Source: Patescibacteria group bacterium
GTDB lineage: Bacteria > Patescibacteriota > Minisyncoccia > CAIUEV01 > JAHKAQ01
Direction of reading: 5' to 3'
NCBI GenBank assembly: GCA_034716235.1
Contig: JAYEHH010000032.1
Location: 370-64,369 of the forward strand
Length of the DNA stretch: 64,000 nt
Shown here: one piece after another, positions 32,442-42,305 of the stretch
How positions within the stretch are numbered: the first letter of the stretch is position 1
Layout of the letters: the number at the start of each line of letters is the position of its first letter
The notes under the pieces: model-generated
Told to the model about the DNA's origin: nothing
Databases searched by the model: none
The model's input: the letters and a program-made list of their open reading frames with translations, nothing else
Program-made: the position numbers and the translations under genes

Positions 32442-33440
32442 TTATCCCTTTCTTTGTTTCCACCACACTAACAGTGGCGAAGCTAAAAAAATTGAAGAGT
32501 AAGTTCCAGAAATTATTCCCGCCATTAGAGCCAATACAAAATAGAAAGTACTTTGTCCTCCAAAGAATAAGATACAAGTCAGCACCGCTAAAGTTGTCAT
32601 TGAGGTGTTGATTGAACGCACCAAGGTTTCATTCACGCTTTTATTGACCACTTCACCAAAATTTCTATCGCCACTCTTTAAAACATTTTCTCTAATCCTA
32701 TCAAGAATAACAATAGTGTCATTAACTGAATAGCCCAAAATAGTTAATAGGGCAGCAATAAAAAAGGTGTCTATCTCTACTCCACTAAAGTGTCCTAAAA
32801 CAGCAAATAATCCTAGAGTAATTAAAATATCATGCATTAAGGCAATAATGGCAACAATTCCATAACGAAATGATTCATACTTGTTAATTTGGCTAGAAAC
32901 CCCTCTAAACGCCCAGGCAATGAAAGCAATAATGGCCAACAGAACTATTACTCCAGCCACCTTGGATTTCTCTCGCAATTCTTTACCAATAGAAGGACCA
33001 ATAGAATCAAATTTTACTTCGGCGACTAATTCTTTACCATCTTCAGCTAAATGCTCTTGAACTTCGGCCGTTTTTTCCTTTATTTTTTTTAATGCTTTTT
33101 GATGAGTCTTCTCGTCCATAGCTTTTAATTTCAGAATAACTTCTCTTTCCCCGATTTTTTGAATAGTAACTTTTCCATATTTTTCAGAATTTTCAGTATC
33201 AGTTACTCCTAAAACAGTTTCTTGAGCATTATTCTCTTCAGTATTTGGGCTAAAATCACTCAAGGCTTTCTCTATTTGTTCGTTGGTGAGTCTTTCTTTC
33301 GAAAATTCAAGTCTCATTAAGGATCCTCCAGTAAAATCAACCCCTGGTTTTAATCCCCAAACAATTAAAGCCAAGATACTCAAACCTACTAATATTGAGG
33401 ACAAAGTGAACCAGATCTTATTTTTAGCAATAATATTCAT
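32442..33440 (-). CDS. secF: Protein translocase subunit SecF
   Basis: Six-transmembrane SecF core with a periplasmic domain; follows secD. Confidence 0.85.
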   Translation of the reverse strand: MNIIAKNKIWFTLSSILVGLSILALIVWGLKPGVDFTGGSLMRLEFSKERLTNEQIEKALSDFSPNTEENNAQETVLGVTDTENSEKYGKVTIQKIGEREVILKLKAMDEKTHQKALKKIKEKTAEVQEHLAEDGKELVAEVKFDSIGPSIGKELREKSKVAGVIVLLAIIAFIAWAFRGVSSQINKYESFRYGIVAIIALMHDILITLGLFAVLGHFSGVEIDTFFIAALLTILGYSVNDTIVILDRIRENVLKSGDRNFGEVVNKSVNETLVRSINTSMTTLAVLTCILFFGGQSTFYFVLALMAGIISGTYSSIFLASPLLVWWKQRKG

Positions 33441-33451
33441 ATTTAATTAAC

Positions 33452-35128
33452 TTATTTTTTGCGCTTAAAACCAATGACCAATTTATCTTTCAAGAATATC
33501 TCTAAAAATTCTAAAATATTTCTAGTAACAAAAACTGCCGTAAACATACTCAAAGTAATTCCAATTCCTAAAGTAATTGCAAAGCCCTTAACCATTCCGG
33601 TACCTAAGCTTGTTAAAACTACACAAGTAATTAGGGTTGATATGTTTCCATCTCTAATGGATGGCCACGCCCTCTTAAAGCCGTTGCTAATCGCTAGCTT
33701 AACGGAACGTCCTTCTTTTAATTCTTCCTTAATGCGTCCAAAAATAAGGATGTTAGCATCCACCGCCATTCCTACCGAAAGAATAAAACCGGCAATGCCC
33801 GAAAGAGTTAAGGTAATTCCTAAAATTTTAAAAACGGCCACGATAGCAACGGCATAAAAACTTAAGGAAATAACCGCTACCAATCCGCAGATTAAATAAA
33901 AAGTTAGCATAAAACCAGAAACTAAGCTTATTCCAAGTAAGCCAGCCGTTAAACTTTTCTTCAAGGAAGATGCTCCTAAGGAAGCTCCTACTTTTTCTTG
34001 GCTAATCAATTCAATTGGAACCGGTAAAGCTCCAGCATTTAATCTTTTAGCCAATTCCTTGGCCTCGGTGATATCTCCAGAACCAGTGATAACCGCTCTT
34101 CCGTCGGCAATAACGGTTTGGACAACTGGAACGGTAATAGGTGCTCCGTCTAGAAAAATAGCTAATCGTTTACCAACATTTCTTTCGGTAATCTCCCTAA
34201 ACATCTTCTTTCCTTCATCATCAAACTGAAGAGAAACTTGAGGCTCTTGAGTATTTTGATTAAAAATAACCGCTGCTTGCTTTAAATTTTTTCCAGTAAG
34301 CGGAGTTAATTTAAATGGCTGAGTAGCAACTTCTTTTTTTGTTTCGTCAACAGTTTTAAATAAAATGTGGCTTATTTTAACTTCTTGCTGGCCATCAATT
34401 TCTCTCTCGTCAGTTTTCTTAAGAAGATGATAGCCAAATTGAGTTTGAACTAGATTTGGCCAAACAGAATCTTTAGTAAAGTCTTTGTTGAAAGCCACTT
34501 CTTCAAATTCGGGTACCATAGCTTCTTTTCCGAAGAATCCTAAATCTCCACCTTGGTCTTTGTTGGCAACATCGGCAGAATTTTCCTGAGCAAGTTTAGC
34601 AAAATCTTCACCGTCTAAAGCTTTCCCCAAAATAGCTTCTGCCTGAGTTTTGCTTTGCTGATTGGTTTCTTTAGCTATTTCTTGTTCTTCTGGAGTTAAT
34701 TGTAGAGCTTCTTCATCATTTTCTTCCCGAAAATCAAGCACAGGGGTTTCGCCTATCATGGCGATAGCTGCCTCAACATTAGTAACCCCTGCCAAATCTA
34801 CAATGATACGATATTCCTCACCAGATTTATTGGTTAAAATTTGAGGTTCAGAAACTCCATAAGCGTTAACCCTTCTTTCAATAACGTCTCGAATACCACT
34901 CAAGCTTTCTGTCAAACTATCCGAAGGAATACTTGACATATCCGCCCGATAAACCAGGTGAGCTCCTCCTTGCAAGTCAAGTCCCAACTTTATTTTTAAT
35001 TCCCTTAAGGTTTGACCGACAGGCTTTCCCAACAAATTAAAATCTGGCATTTTGGGTGAAGCCACGGCTCCAGCAACTAAAGTTAATAGAATTATAGCTA
35101 GAATGTTAAGATAAATTTTTTTATTCAT
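33452..35128 (-). CDS. secD: Protein translocase subunit SecD
   Basis: 558 aa; large periplasmic domain plus C-terminal RND-like transmembrane bundle (..AGFILSVGMAVDANILIFGRIKEE..). Confidence 0.85.
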   Translation of the reverse strand: MNKKIYLNILAIILLTLVAGAVASPKMPDFNLLGKPVGQTLRELKIKLGLDLQGGAHLVYRADMSSIPSDSLTESLSGIRDVIERRVNAYGVSEPQILTNKSGEEYRIIVDLAGVTNVEAAIAMIGETPVLDFREENDEEALQLTPEEQEIAKETNQQSKTQAEAILGKALDGEDFAKLAQENSADVANKDQGGDLGFFGKEAMVPEFEEVAFNKDFTKDSVWPNLVQTQFGYHLLKKTDEREIDGQQEVKISHILFKTVDETKKEVATQPFKLTPLTGKNLKQAAVIFNQNTQEPQVSLQFDDEGKKMFREITERNVGKRLAIFLDGAPITVPVVQTVIADGRAVITGSGDITEAKELAKRLNAGALPVPIELISQEKVGASLGASSLKKSLTAGLLGISLVSGFMLTFYLICGLVAVISLSFYAVAIVAVFKILGITLTLSGIAGFILSVGMAVDANILIFGRIKEELKEGRSVKLAISNGFKRAWPSIRDGNISTLITCVVLTSLGTGMVKGFAITLGIGITLSMFTAVFVTRNILEFLEIFLKDKLVIGFKRKK

Positions 35129-35131
35129 ACT

Positions 35132-37948
35132 TTATACTTTCTTTCCACAACACTTTTTATACTTTTTACCACTGCCACAGGGGCAAGGGTCATTCCGACC
35201 AATTTTTTCAGCTTCCCTGATTGGGATAGCCGTTGTTTCCTCCGCCTCAGCAGAGCTTCCTGCGGATTCCTTAACTTCATTGTTTTTAAAAAATCCACTG
35301 CGGTTGGCATCTGCTCCTTTTAATTGGAGATTAGTGGGCATTTTACTTTCTTTTCCCAAGACTGGTTTAGACTCTGCTTTGTCTTGAACCCCCTCATTGC
35401 CCTCTTGGCTCTTAGACGCAATTTGAATTTTAAAGAGGGTCTCTACTGTATTTAGGCGAATATTTCCTAAAAAATTCTGAAACATATCAAAACCTTCTTT
35501 CTTATATTCTACCAGTGGATCTCGTTGACCGTAGCCCCGCAATCCGACTCCCTCTCTTAAATATTGCATATTATCTAAATGTTCCATCCATAAAGTATCG
35601 GAAGTTCTTAGCATAACTGCTCTTTCTAATTTTCTCAAGGCGTCGGATCCAATTACAGCTTCCTTGGCTTGATAAACCTTAAGAGCATAGTTAATAATTT
35701 CCTTCTTAAGTTGCTCTTGCTTCTCCTTAATATCTATTTGCTGATCTTTGACAATTTTCTCTAATTTTTCTTTCAAGGTTTTTCCAGCAGTAAAAAGCGA
35801 TTGACAATATTCAAAAATCTCCTGAAGATTCCAATTCTTTGCATCTTCTGCTCGAGTATGAAAAGAAACAAAATCACCAACCACTTTTTCCATTGTGTTC
35901 AGTAGCTCATTTTTTTCAACAAGCCCTAAAAGGTTGCGCCGTCTTTTTTGATAAATAGTTTCTCGTTGATGATTGATTACATCATCGTATTCTAGGACAT
36001 GTTTTCTAATATCAAAATTAAAGCCTTCAATTTTCTTTTGAGCTGATTCAATAGAACGACTAATGAGTTTATTTTCAATGGGCTGATCTTCTGGTAAGCC
36101 TAAGGTGTCCATAATTTTTTTAATCTTTTCCGAACCAAATCGCTCCATTAATTCGTCTTCTAGGGAAACATAAAACTGAGAACTACCTGGGTCTCCCTGT
36201 CTTCCAGAACGACCTCTAAGCTGATTATCAATGCGCCGAGCTTCGTGGCGTTCAGTGCCAATAATATGCAGACCTCCTGCTTTCACTACTCCTTTTCCCA
36301 ATTTAATATCGGTTCCTCTTCCAGCCATATTGGTAGCAATGGTTACCACTCCAGATCTTCCCGCCCGAGTAATAATTTGAGCTTCTCTTTCGTGATTTTT
36401 AGCGTTTAAAATTTCATATTCAACACCTTCCCGGTCTAGATATTTGGATAGGGTTTCTGATTTATCTACCGAAATGGTCCCTACTAAAACTGGTTGCTTC
36501 TGCTGATGCCTAGCTTTAATGTCTGCCACTATAGCATTAAATTTTCCAGCTTCATTTTTGTAAATCTTGTCTGGATAATTAATTCTAATCATTTTCTGGT
36601 GAGTGGGGATGCTCAAAACATCTAATTTATAAACTTTAGAAAATTCTTCCGCCGAAGTAAGAGCAGTACCGGTCATACCGGATAGTTTTTTATAAAGACG
36701 GAAATAATTCTGAAAAGTAATGGTTGCCAGAGTTCGGCTTTCCCGTTGTACTTTAACACCCTCCTTAGCCTCTAAAGCTTGATGGAGCCCCTCAGAAAAG
36801 CGACGACCAGGCATTAATCTTCCCGTAAAGTCATCCACAATCATCACTTCTCCATCTCTTACTACATACTGTTTGTCTTTTTTGAAAATAGCATGGGCCT
36901 TTAAGGCCTGATGTAGATGATGCACGTAACGCATCTGCCCAGATAAATAAAGATTATCAATCCCTAGAATCTTTTCCACCTTACTAATTCCTTTATCGGT
37001 TAAAGTAACCGCCTGCATTTTTTCATCAATATTGTAATCTTTATCTAAAATCAATTTAGGAACAACTTTCGCAAATTTTAAATAAAGCTTGGTAGATTCT
37101 GCATCAGGAGCAGAAATGATAAGCGGAGTTCTAGATTCATCAATCAAGATATTATCAACTTCGTCCACCACGGCAAAATTAAGATAATCCTTTCGAAACA
37201 TCTTGGTTTGGTCTTGATCTTTATTTTCTTGCCCTTGTTTTTTCTTTTCCTCTTTAGCTAGAGCTTTAAGATCTCTAATTTGAACCGTTTGCTCAAGACT
37301 AGGTGCCATATTGTCACGCAAATAATCAAAACCGAATTCATTATTGGTTCCATAAGTAATATCAGCACGATAAGCTTCTTGCCGAGTAACTGGTCGGAGA
37401 TTTTCATATTCAATGCTAGCCTCATCGGTATCTGAAGCTACTTCTTGATCGTAAAAGTAAGCCGTATCATGCTGAACACAGCCCACCGAAAGTCCTAGAA
37501 AACTATAAACGGTTCCCATCCAATTGGTATCTCTGCGAGCTAAATAATCATTAACCGTGATAATGTGAACCCCTTTTCCTTCAAGGGCGTTAAGATAAAC
37601 TGCGAAAGTAGCCGCTAAAGTTTTTCCTTCACCGGTCTTCATTTCAGCAATTTTTCCTTGATGCAGAGCAATACCTCCAAGTAGCTGAGTATCGTAAGCC
37701 CGTTGTCCAATGGTTCTCTTACCAGCTTCTCGGCAAACCGCAAAAGCTTCTGGCAAAAGTTTATTTAGTGACTCTCCCTGTTTAATCCTTTGCTTGAATT
37801 CGGAAGTTTTTTCTTTAATCTGTTCGTCGGATAGTTGCTTAAACTGTTTTTCCCATTCATTTATTTTGACAATCCAAGGCTGAATTTTTTTTAACTCCTT
37901 GGTATTGGGGTCACCAAAAACGCTGGATATTTTAGATAAAAAACTCAT
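35132..37948 (-). CDS. secA: Preprotein translocase ATPase SecA
   Basis: DEAD-like motor motifs (MKTGEGKTL, VDEVDNILIDE), C-terminal zinc finger CPCGSGKKYKKCCG; 938 aa. Confidence 0.95.
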   Translation of the reverse strand: MSFLSKISSVFGDPNTKELKKIQPWIVKINEWEKQFKQLSDEQIKEKTSEFKQRIKQGESLNKLLPEAFAVCREAGKRTIGQRAYDTQLLGGIALHQGKIAEMKTGEGKTLAATFAVYLNALEGKGVHIITVNDYLARRDTNWMGTVYSFLGLSVGCVQHDTAYFYDQEVASDTDEASIEYENLRPVTRQEAYRADITYGTNNEFGFDYLRDNMAPSLEQTVQIRDLKALAKEEKKKQGQENKDQDQTKMFRKDYLNFAVVDEVDNILIDESRTPLIISAPDAESTKLYLKFAKVVPKLILDKDYNIDEKMQAVTLTDKGISKVEKILGIDNLYLSGQMRYVHHLHQALKAHAIFKKDKQYVVRDGEVMIVDDFTGRLMPGRRFSEGLHQALEAKEGVKVQRESRTLATITFQNYFRLYKKLSGMTGTALTSAEEFSKVYKLDVLSIPTHQKMIRINYPDKIYKNEAGKFNAIVADIKARHQQKQPVLVGTISVDKSETLSKYLDREGVEYEILNAKNHEREAQIITRAGRSGVVTIATNMAGRGTDIKLGKGVVKAGGLHIIGTERHEARRIDNQLRGRSGRQGDPGSSQFYVSLEDELMERFGSEKIKKIMDTLGLPEDQPIENKLISRSIESAQKKIEGFNFDIRKHVLEYDDVINHQRETIYQKRRRNLLGLVEKNELLNTMEKVVGDFVSFHTRAEDAKNWNLQEIFEYCQSLFTAGKTLKEKLEKIVKDQQIDIKEKQEQLKKEIINYALKVYQAKEAVIGSDALRKLERAVMLRTSDTLWMEHLDNMQYLREGVGLRGYGQRDPLVEYKKEGFDMFQNFLGNIRLNTVETLFKIQIASKSQEGNEGVQDKAESKPVLGKESKMPTNLQLKGADANRSGFFKNNEVKESAGSSAEAEETTAIPIREAEKIGRNDPCPCGSGKKYKKCCGKKV

Positions 37949-37987
37949 AATTAAAATCAGTTACTGGTCAATCTTCCAGATTATTAA

Positions 37988-38341
37988 TTAAAACCTAGCT
38001 CCTTCGTCGATAGAAAACTTTTTCTTAATACTAATGGCTCCCCTTCTTTCAATGGTTTGACGCTTCTCTTTCTTTCTTCTGATTTGATCACTTAATCCGT
38101 CACGCGCTAAATCAAAAGCTGCCTTGATTGTTTTAGCCTTAGCGTCTCCAATGTAACGGGAGCCAGGGACTCTAAGCTGAATCTCTACTCGATAAATTCC
38201 TCTTTTATCTTTTTCAATCTCCATTTCAATACTTACCGTTTGATTTTTAAAATACTTTTGCAACTTTGCAATCCTTACTCGGATATAATGTTTAACTTTT
38301 TCCTTCACCTTCAATCCATTTAGATAGAATTTAACTTTCAT
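37988..38341 (-). CDS. hpf: Ribosome hibernation promoting factor (RaiA/HPF, short form)
   Basis: 117 aa; YfiA-family pattern (..IEMEIEKDKRGIYRVEIQLRVPGSRYIGDAKAKTIKAAFDLARDGL..). Confidence 0.7.
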   Translation of the reverse strand: MKVKFYLNGLKVKEKVKHYIRVRIAKLQKYFKNQTVSIEMEIEKDKRGIYRVEIQLRVPGSRYIGDAKAKTIKAAFDLARDGLSDQIRRKKEKRQTIERRGAISIKKKFSIDEGARF

Positions 38342-38530
38342 AGTTTTTTTGATTTAAACTTAAAATTAAAATTGAATTCCATTTTTATACTATTACAATA
38401 AAAATTTATTTACAAATAAAATAACAACTTTCATTCCCGCTTTTTTAAATTAGGGTTACCTTCTTTGTAAAAATCCTCTAAACTTATTAGAAAGATTGTC
38501 GAATATGACTTAAGAGACCCGCCTAAACTA

Positions 38531-38598
38531 GCAGGGATTCTGAGCAAATTTAAAAGACTCGAACATAATTGGTCATTCCCGTCTCCGCGGGAATGACA
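38531..38598. repeat. Repeat copy R3 in the divergent hpf/uvrA promoter region: gcagggattctgagcaaatttaaaag module plus palindrome ggtcattcccgtctccgcgggaatgacat
   Basis: ATTCCC-N8-GGGAAT palindrome; the module matches 1121-1145. Confidence 0.7.
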
Positions 38599-38768
38599 TA
38601 TCTTAAGGTTTTTTCTAGATATACCAAGATTCCTGTCGAAATTTATCTTATACTTGATGTGGGGAAGGAAAAAACATGCTGTAATAAAACTTTTTTAAAT
38701 TTCCAGAAAAATAAGCTCTACCACTAATTTTTGAAAAATGATAACTTTTATGTTATAATAACCAAGTT

Positions 38769-41582
38769 ATGAAAAAAATTATTATTCGCGGAGCACGAGA
38801 ACATAATCTCAAGAATGTCAACCTCAAATTACCTCGGGGCAAGTTTATTGTTTTTACAGGAGTTTCTGGTTCAGGCAAATCAACTCTAGCCTTTGATACT
38901 ATTTTTGCTGAAGGTCAAAGACGCTATCTTAAAAGCCTTTCTAGTTATGCCCGTCAATTTCTAAGCCAGGTAGGAAAGCCAGACATGGATTTAATAGAGG
39001 GTCTTTCTCCAACTATATCTATAAATCAAAAGACTGTTGGGCGAAATCCTCGTTCTACCGTAGGAACCGTCACGGAAATATACGATTATTTAAGGCTTCT
39101 CTTTGCTAAAATAGGCACCCCCTTTTGCCCTCGTTGTGGAACAGAAATTAAAAAAAATTCGTTAGAAGAAATAATTAAAGAGATCTCAAAAGAATTTAGA
39201 GAGCGTGCTCAAATTCAAATCTATGCCCCAGTAAATTGTAAAACAAAAGAAGAATGTCAAACCGTTTTGGGTAATCTTTATGAACAAGGTTTCGCTAAAG
39301 TCATTATCAATGGAGAATTAGTAAAGCTCTCTACTTATCGTTTTCTGCAATTCAAAAATCCTGCTCCTTACAAAATGAAAGTTTTAATAGATGAATTAAA
39401 ACTTAATTCTAAAAATTCGGGGAAATTGGCCGAAAGTCTTGAGCGCGCCTTAAGAACAGGGAAAGAAAAAGTTGTAATCACCCAAGGTAAAAAAGTTAAA
39501 AGCTTTGGCCGAAATATGAAGTGTCCCAATTGTGGTTACCGTTTGAAAAAAATTGAGCTAAATTCTTTTTCTTTCAATAGCCCTAACGGAGCTTGTCCCG
39601 TTTGTAACGGTCTTGGAAAACAAATGCAGGTATCTCTTAAGCTAATAATGCCTGACCTTTCTAAAACCATAGGTCAAGGGGGAATTTTTCCTTATAGTTA
39701 TCGTCGTAATAAATATTTCATTCAATTTGTTAATTCAGCGGCTAGAGTTCTAGACATTTCTTTGAATACTCCCTTAGGAAAAATTCCCCGATCCCAACTT
39801 AATAAATTACTTTTGGGGAAAGGAAAACCAATAGTTATAAAAATTAAAGAGGCTCATCACCCTACTAAGGCTCAAGCCGTTACTTTCCCTGGAATAATTA
39901 AGTATCTAGAAAATTATTATCACAACACTGAATCTAAACAAATTAAAAAAGAGATTGAGAAATATATGATTAAGAGAACTTGTCCTGCTTGCCATGGAGC
40001 TCGTCTTAAGCCTGACAGTCTTCTTATAAAAATTAAAGGAAAAAATATAAGCGAAATTGCTAATCGCTCTATTAAAGATTTAATTAAGTTTTTCCGCACG
40101 CTCAAGTTTACTCAGGGGCAAGAGCTGGTTGCTAAACGAATCAAACAAGAAATAGTTAGCCGTCTGACTTTTTTAAATAATGTAGGATTACCGTATTTAA
40201 CTTTAGATCGTTCTTCGGCTACTTTGGCAGGAGGTGAATTTCAAAGAATTCGTTTAGCCAGTCAAGTTGGAACAGAGTTGACAGAAGTAATCTATATTTT
40301 AGACGAACCTTCCATCGGCCTACACGCTAGAGATAACAAAAAATTATTGGCTATTCTAAAAAAATTAAGAGATGCCGGCAATACAGTCATTGTTATTGAG
40401 CATGACAAGGAAACCATGCTTAACGCTGATTGGCTGACCGACATTGGACCTGAAGCTGGAGAAAACGGTGGTAGAATTATAGAAAATGGTCCGTTGAAAA
40501 AAGTTTTACGGAGTAAAAAATCGCTAACGGTTCAATATTTAAAGGGAGAGATTAAAGTTGAGATTCCTCGCAAAAGAAGAACTCCTTCTAAAAAGAAGCT
40601 GATTATTTCGGGAGCTCAAGAGCATAATTTAAAAAATATACAAGTAGAAATACCTTTGGAGGTTATGACTTGTATTACGGGAGTTTCCGGATCGGGGAAG
40701 TCAACTCTAGTTAATAATATTATTCACCGTAAACTGGCTAATTATTTTTATCATTCCATTGCCCAACCGGGAAAACATAGGAAAATAGAAGGATTGCAAT
40801 TTATTGATAAAGTTGTAGGGATAGACCAGTCACCTATTGGACGCACTCCCCGCTCTAATCCGGCAACTTATACCAAGGTGCTTGCTCCCATCAGACAACT
40901 ATTTGCCTCCACTCCGGCTGCTCAAATTAAAGGATTTACTCCCGGTCAGTTTAGCTTCAATATGACAGGTGGTCGTTGTGATAATTGCCAAGGGGCAGGA
41001 TTTCTAAAAGTAGAAATGCAATTTTTGCCAGATGTTTATGTACCTTGTGATGTTTGTAAGGGGAAACGTTTTAAAAAAGAAATTTTAAAGGTAAACTATC
41101 AGGGAAAGAATATAGCTGATGTTTTAGCAATGACGGTCAATGAGGCTGCTCGATTTTTTTATCAGACACCTCAAGTTTACAACATATTAGCGGTAATTCA
41201 AGAAGTGGGTCTGGGTTACATTAAACTAGGACAATCGGCCACCACTCTTTCTGGGGGAGAAGCTCAGCGAATTAAGTTAGCTTCTGAACTGGCCAAGAAA
41301 CCAACCAATAAAACTTTCTACATTCTGGATGAGCCGACAACCGGCCTTCATTTTGAAGATATTAAAAAATTGCTAACCGTTATCCAAAAATTGGTTGATC
41401 AAAAAAATACCGTTTTAATGATTGAGCATAATTTAGATGTTATAAAATCAGCCGATTGGATTATTGATCTTGGGCCAGAAGGTGGCGAACAAGGTGGTAA
41501 AATTGTTGCTCAGGGAGCACCAGAAAAAATTATTAAAAACGCTAAAAGCTATACTGGAAAATATCTTAAGGGATATCTTTAA
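38769..41582 (+). CDS. uvrA: Excinuclease ABC subunit A
   Basis: Two ABC ATPase modules (GVSGSGKST twice, LSGGE signatures), zinc-finger cysteines; 937 aa. Confidence 0.95.
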   Translation: MKKIIIRGAREHNLKNVNLKLPRGKFIVFTGVSGSGKSTLAFDTIFAEGQRRYLKSLSSYARQFLSQVGKPDMDLIEGLSPTISINQKTVGRNPRSTVGTVTEIYDYLRLLFAKIGTPFCPRCGTEIKKNSLEEIIKEISKEFRERAQIQIYAPVNCKTKEECQTVLGNLYEQGFAKVIINGELVKLSTYRFLQFKNPAPYKMKVLIDELKLNSKNSGKLAESLERALRTGKEKVVITQGKKVKSFGRNMKCPNCGYRLKKIELNSFSFNSPNGACPVCNGLGKQMQVSLKLIMPDLSKTIGQGGIFPYSYRRNKYFIQFVNSAARVLDISLNTPLGKIPRSQLNKLLLGKGKPIVIKIKEAHHPTKAQAVTFPGIIKYLENYYHNTESKQIKKEIEKYMIKRTCPACHGARLKPDSLLIKIKGKNISEIANRSIKDLIKFFRTLKFTQGQELVAKRIKQEIVSRLTFLNNVGLPYLTLDRSSATLAGGEFQRIRLASQVGTELTEVIYILDEPSIGLHARDNKKLLAILKKLRDAGNTVIVIEHDKETMLNADWLTDIGPEAGENGGRIIENGPLKKVLRSKKSLTVQYLKGEIKVEIPRKRRTPSKKKLIISGAQEHNLKNIQVEIPLEVMTCITGVSGSGKSTLVNNIIHRKLANYFYHSIAQPGKHRKIEGLQFIDKVVGIDQSPIGRTPRSNPATYTKVLAPIRQLFASTPAAQIKGFTPGQFSFNMTGGRCDNCQGAGFLKVEMQFLPDVYVPCDVCKGKRFKKEILKVNYQGKNIADVLAMTVNEAARFFYQTPQVYNILAVIQEVGLGYIKLGQSATTLSGGEAQRIKLASELAKKPTNKTFYILDEPTTGLHFEDIKKLLTVIQKLVDQKNTVLMIEHNLDVIKSADWIIDLGPEGGEQGGKIVAQGAPEKIIKNAKSYTGKYLKGYL

Positions 41583-41613
41583 AGTTTTTGATTATTATGG
41601 TACAGTAGAAATG

Positions 41614-41843
41614 AGTTCATAAAGTGACTAGCTACTAAGTAGCTAGTCATTCCCGTGCCTGTCTGCCGTGAGGTAGAAAGGCAGGAATCCCGGTACGTCT
41701 AGACAATTCCTTGCCAAGTTAGTTTCTTCTAAATTTGCTTGGGACCCCCGCTGGAGTTTATCCCGTACTTGATACGGGGCGGGAATGACAGGGGAAAAAG
41801 CTGGTTGGAGTTTTACCCAGTAGATGTGGGACGGGAATGACCA
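41614..41843. repeat. Repeat copy R4 (mosaic, partly inverted relative to R1) immediately 3' of uvrA
   Basis: Begins with gttcataaagt and the palindrome gactagctacttagtagctagtc. Modules cccgccccgtatcaagtacgggataaactccagcggg and cgtctagacgtaccgggattcc are in inverse orientation to R1; the gggaatgacaggggaaaaagctgg module is direct. Confidence 0.75.
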
Positions 41844-41894
41844 TAAACTAGTTACAATCAATGCCTTTTAAAAACAAAAAATAATTAATTAACC

Positions 41895-42266
41895 ATGCTA
41901 GGAGTTGTTTCTTATTATTTCGCAAGTCTTTCAACAAAAGTAAGCAGTTGGACAATTAAACTTTTATTTTTTTGGTTAATTGAAGGACCTAAAAAATATT
42001 GGAAAAAAGTTTTTACTCTCTCAGTCGCCTTTGAAAGTGTTTGGGCTACTTTAATAACTTTCCGTTATTTTTTCAAACCTCTCTACCAAGATTATTCTAT
42101 CATTGGCCGAATTATTGGTCCCCTTTTTAGATTGGGACGCATACTCATAGGCATTGGCATGCATTTTGTTCTGTTAGCTAGTTATACTGTTGTCTTTTTA
42201 GGATTGTGTTTTGTCTGTTGGGGGGCACCGTTTTTCTTTATTATAAATTTATTCATTTGGCATTAA
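41895..42266 (+). CDS. Hypothetical small polytopic membrane protein
   Basis: 123 aa, about 3 hydrophobic helices; directly upstream of the Clp-like gene. Confidence 0.4.
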   Translation: MLGVVSYYFASLSTKVSSWTIKLLFFWLIEGPKKYWKKVFTLSVAFESVWATLITFRYFFKPLYQDYSIIGRIIGPLFRLGRILIGIGMHFVLLASYTVVFLGLCFVCWGAPFFFIINLFIWH

Positions 42267-42305
42267 AAATTAATCCGTTTTTTAAATAGCTAGTTTCACC
42301 ATTTT

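Noticed and set aside
35125-35310. 61-aa ORF overlapping the secA 3' end
   Set aside because: Alternative frame of the lysine/cysteine-rich SecA zinc-finger tail. The secD start is better placed at 35128.
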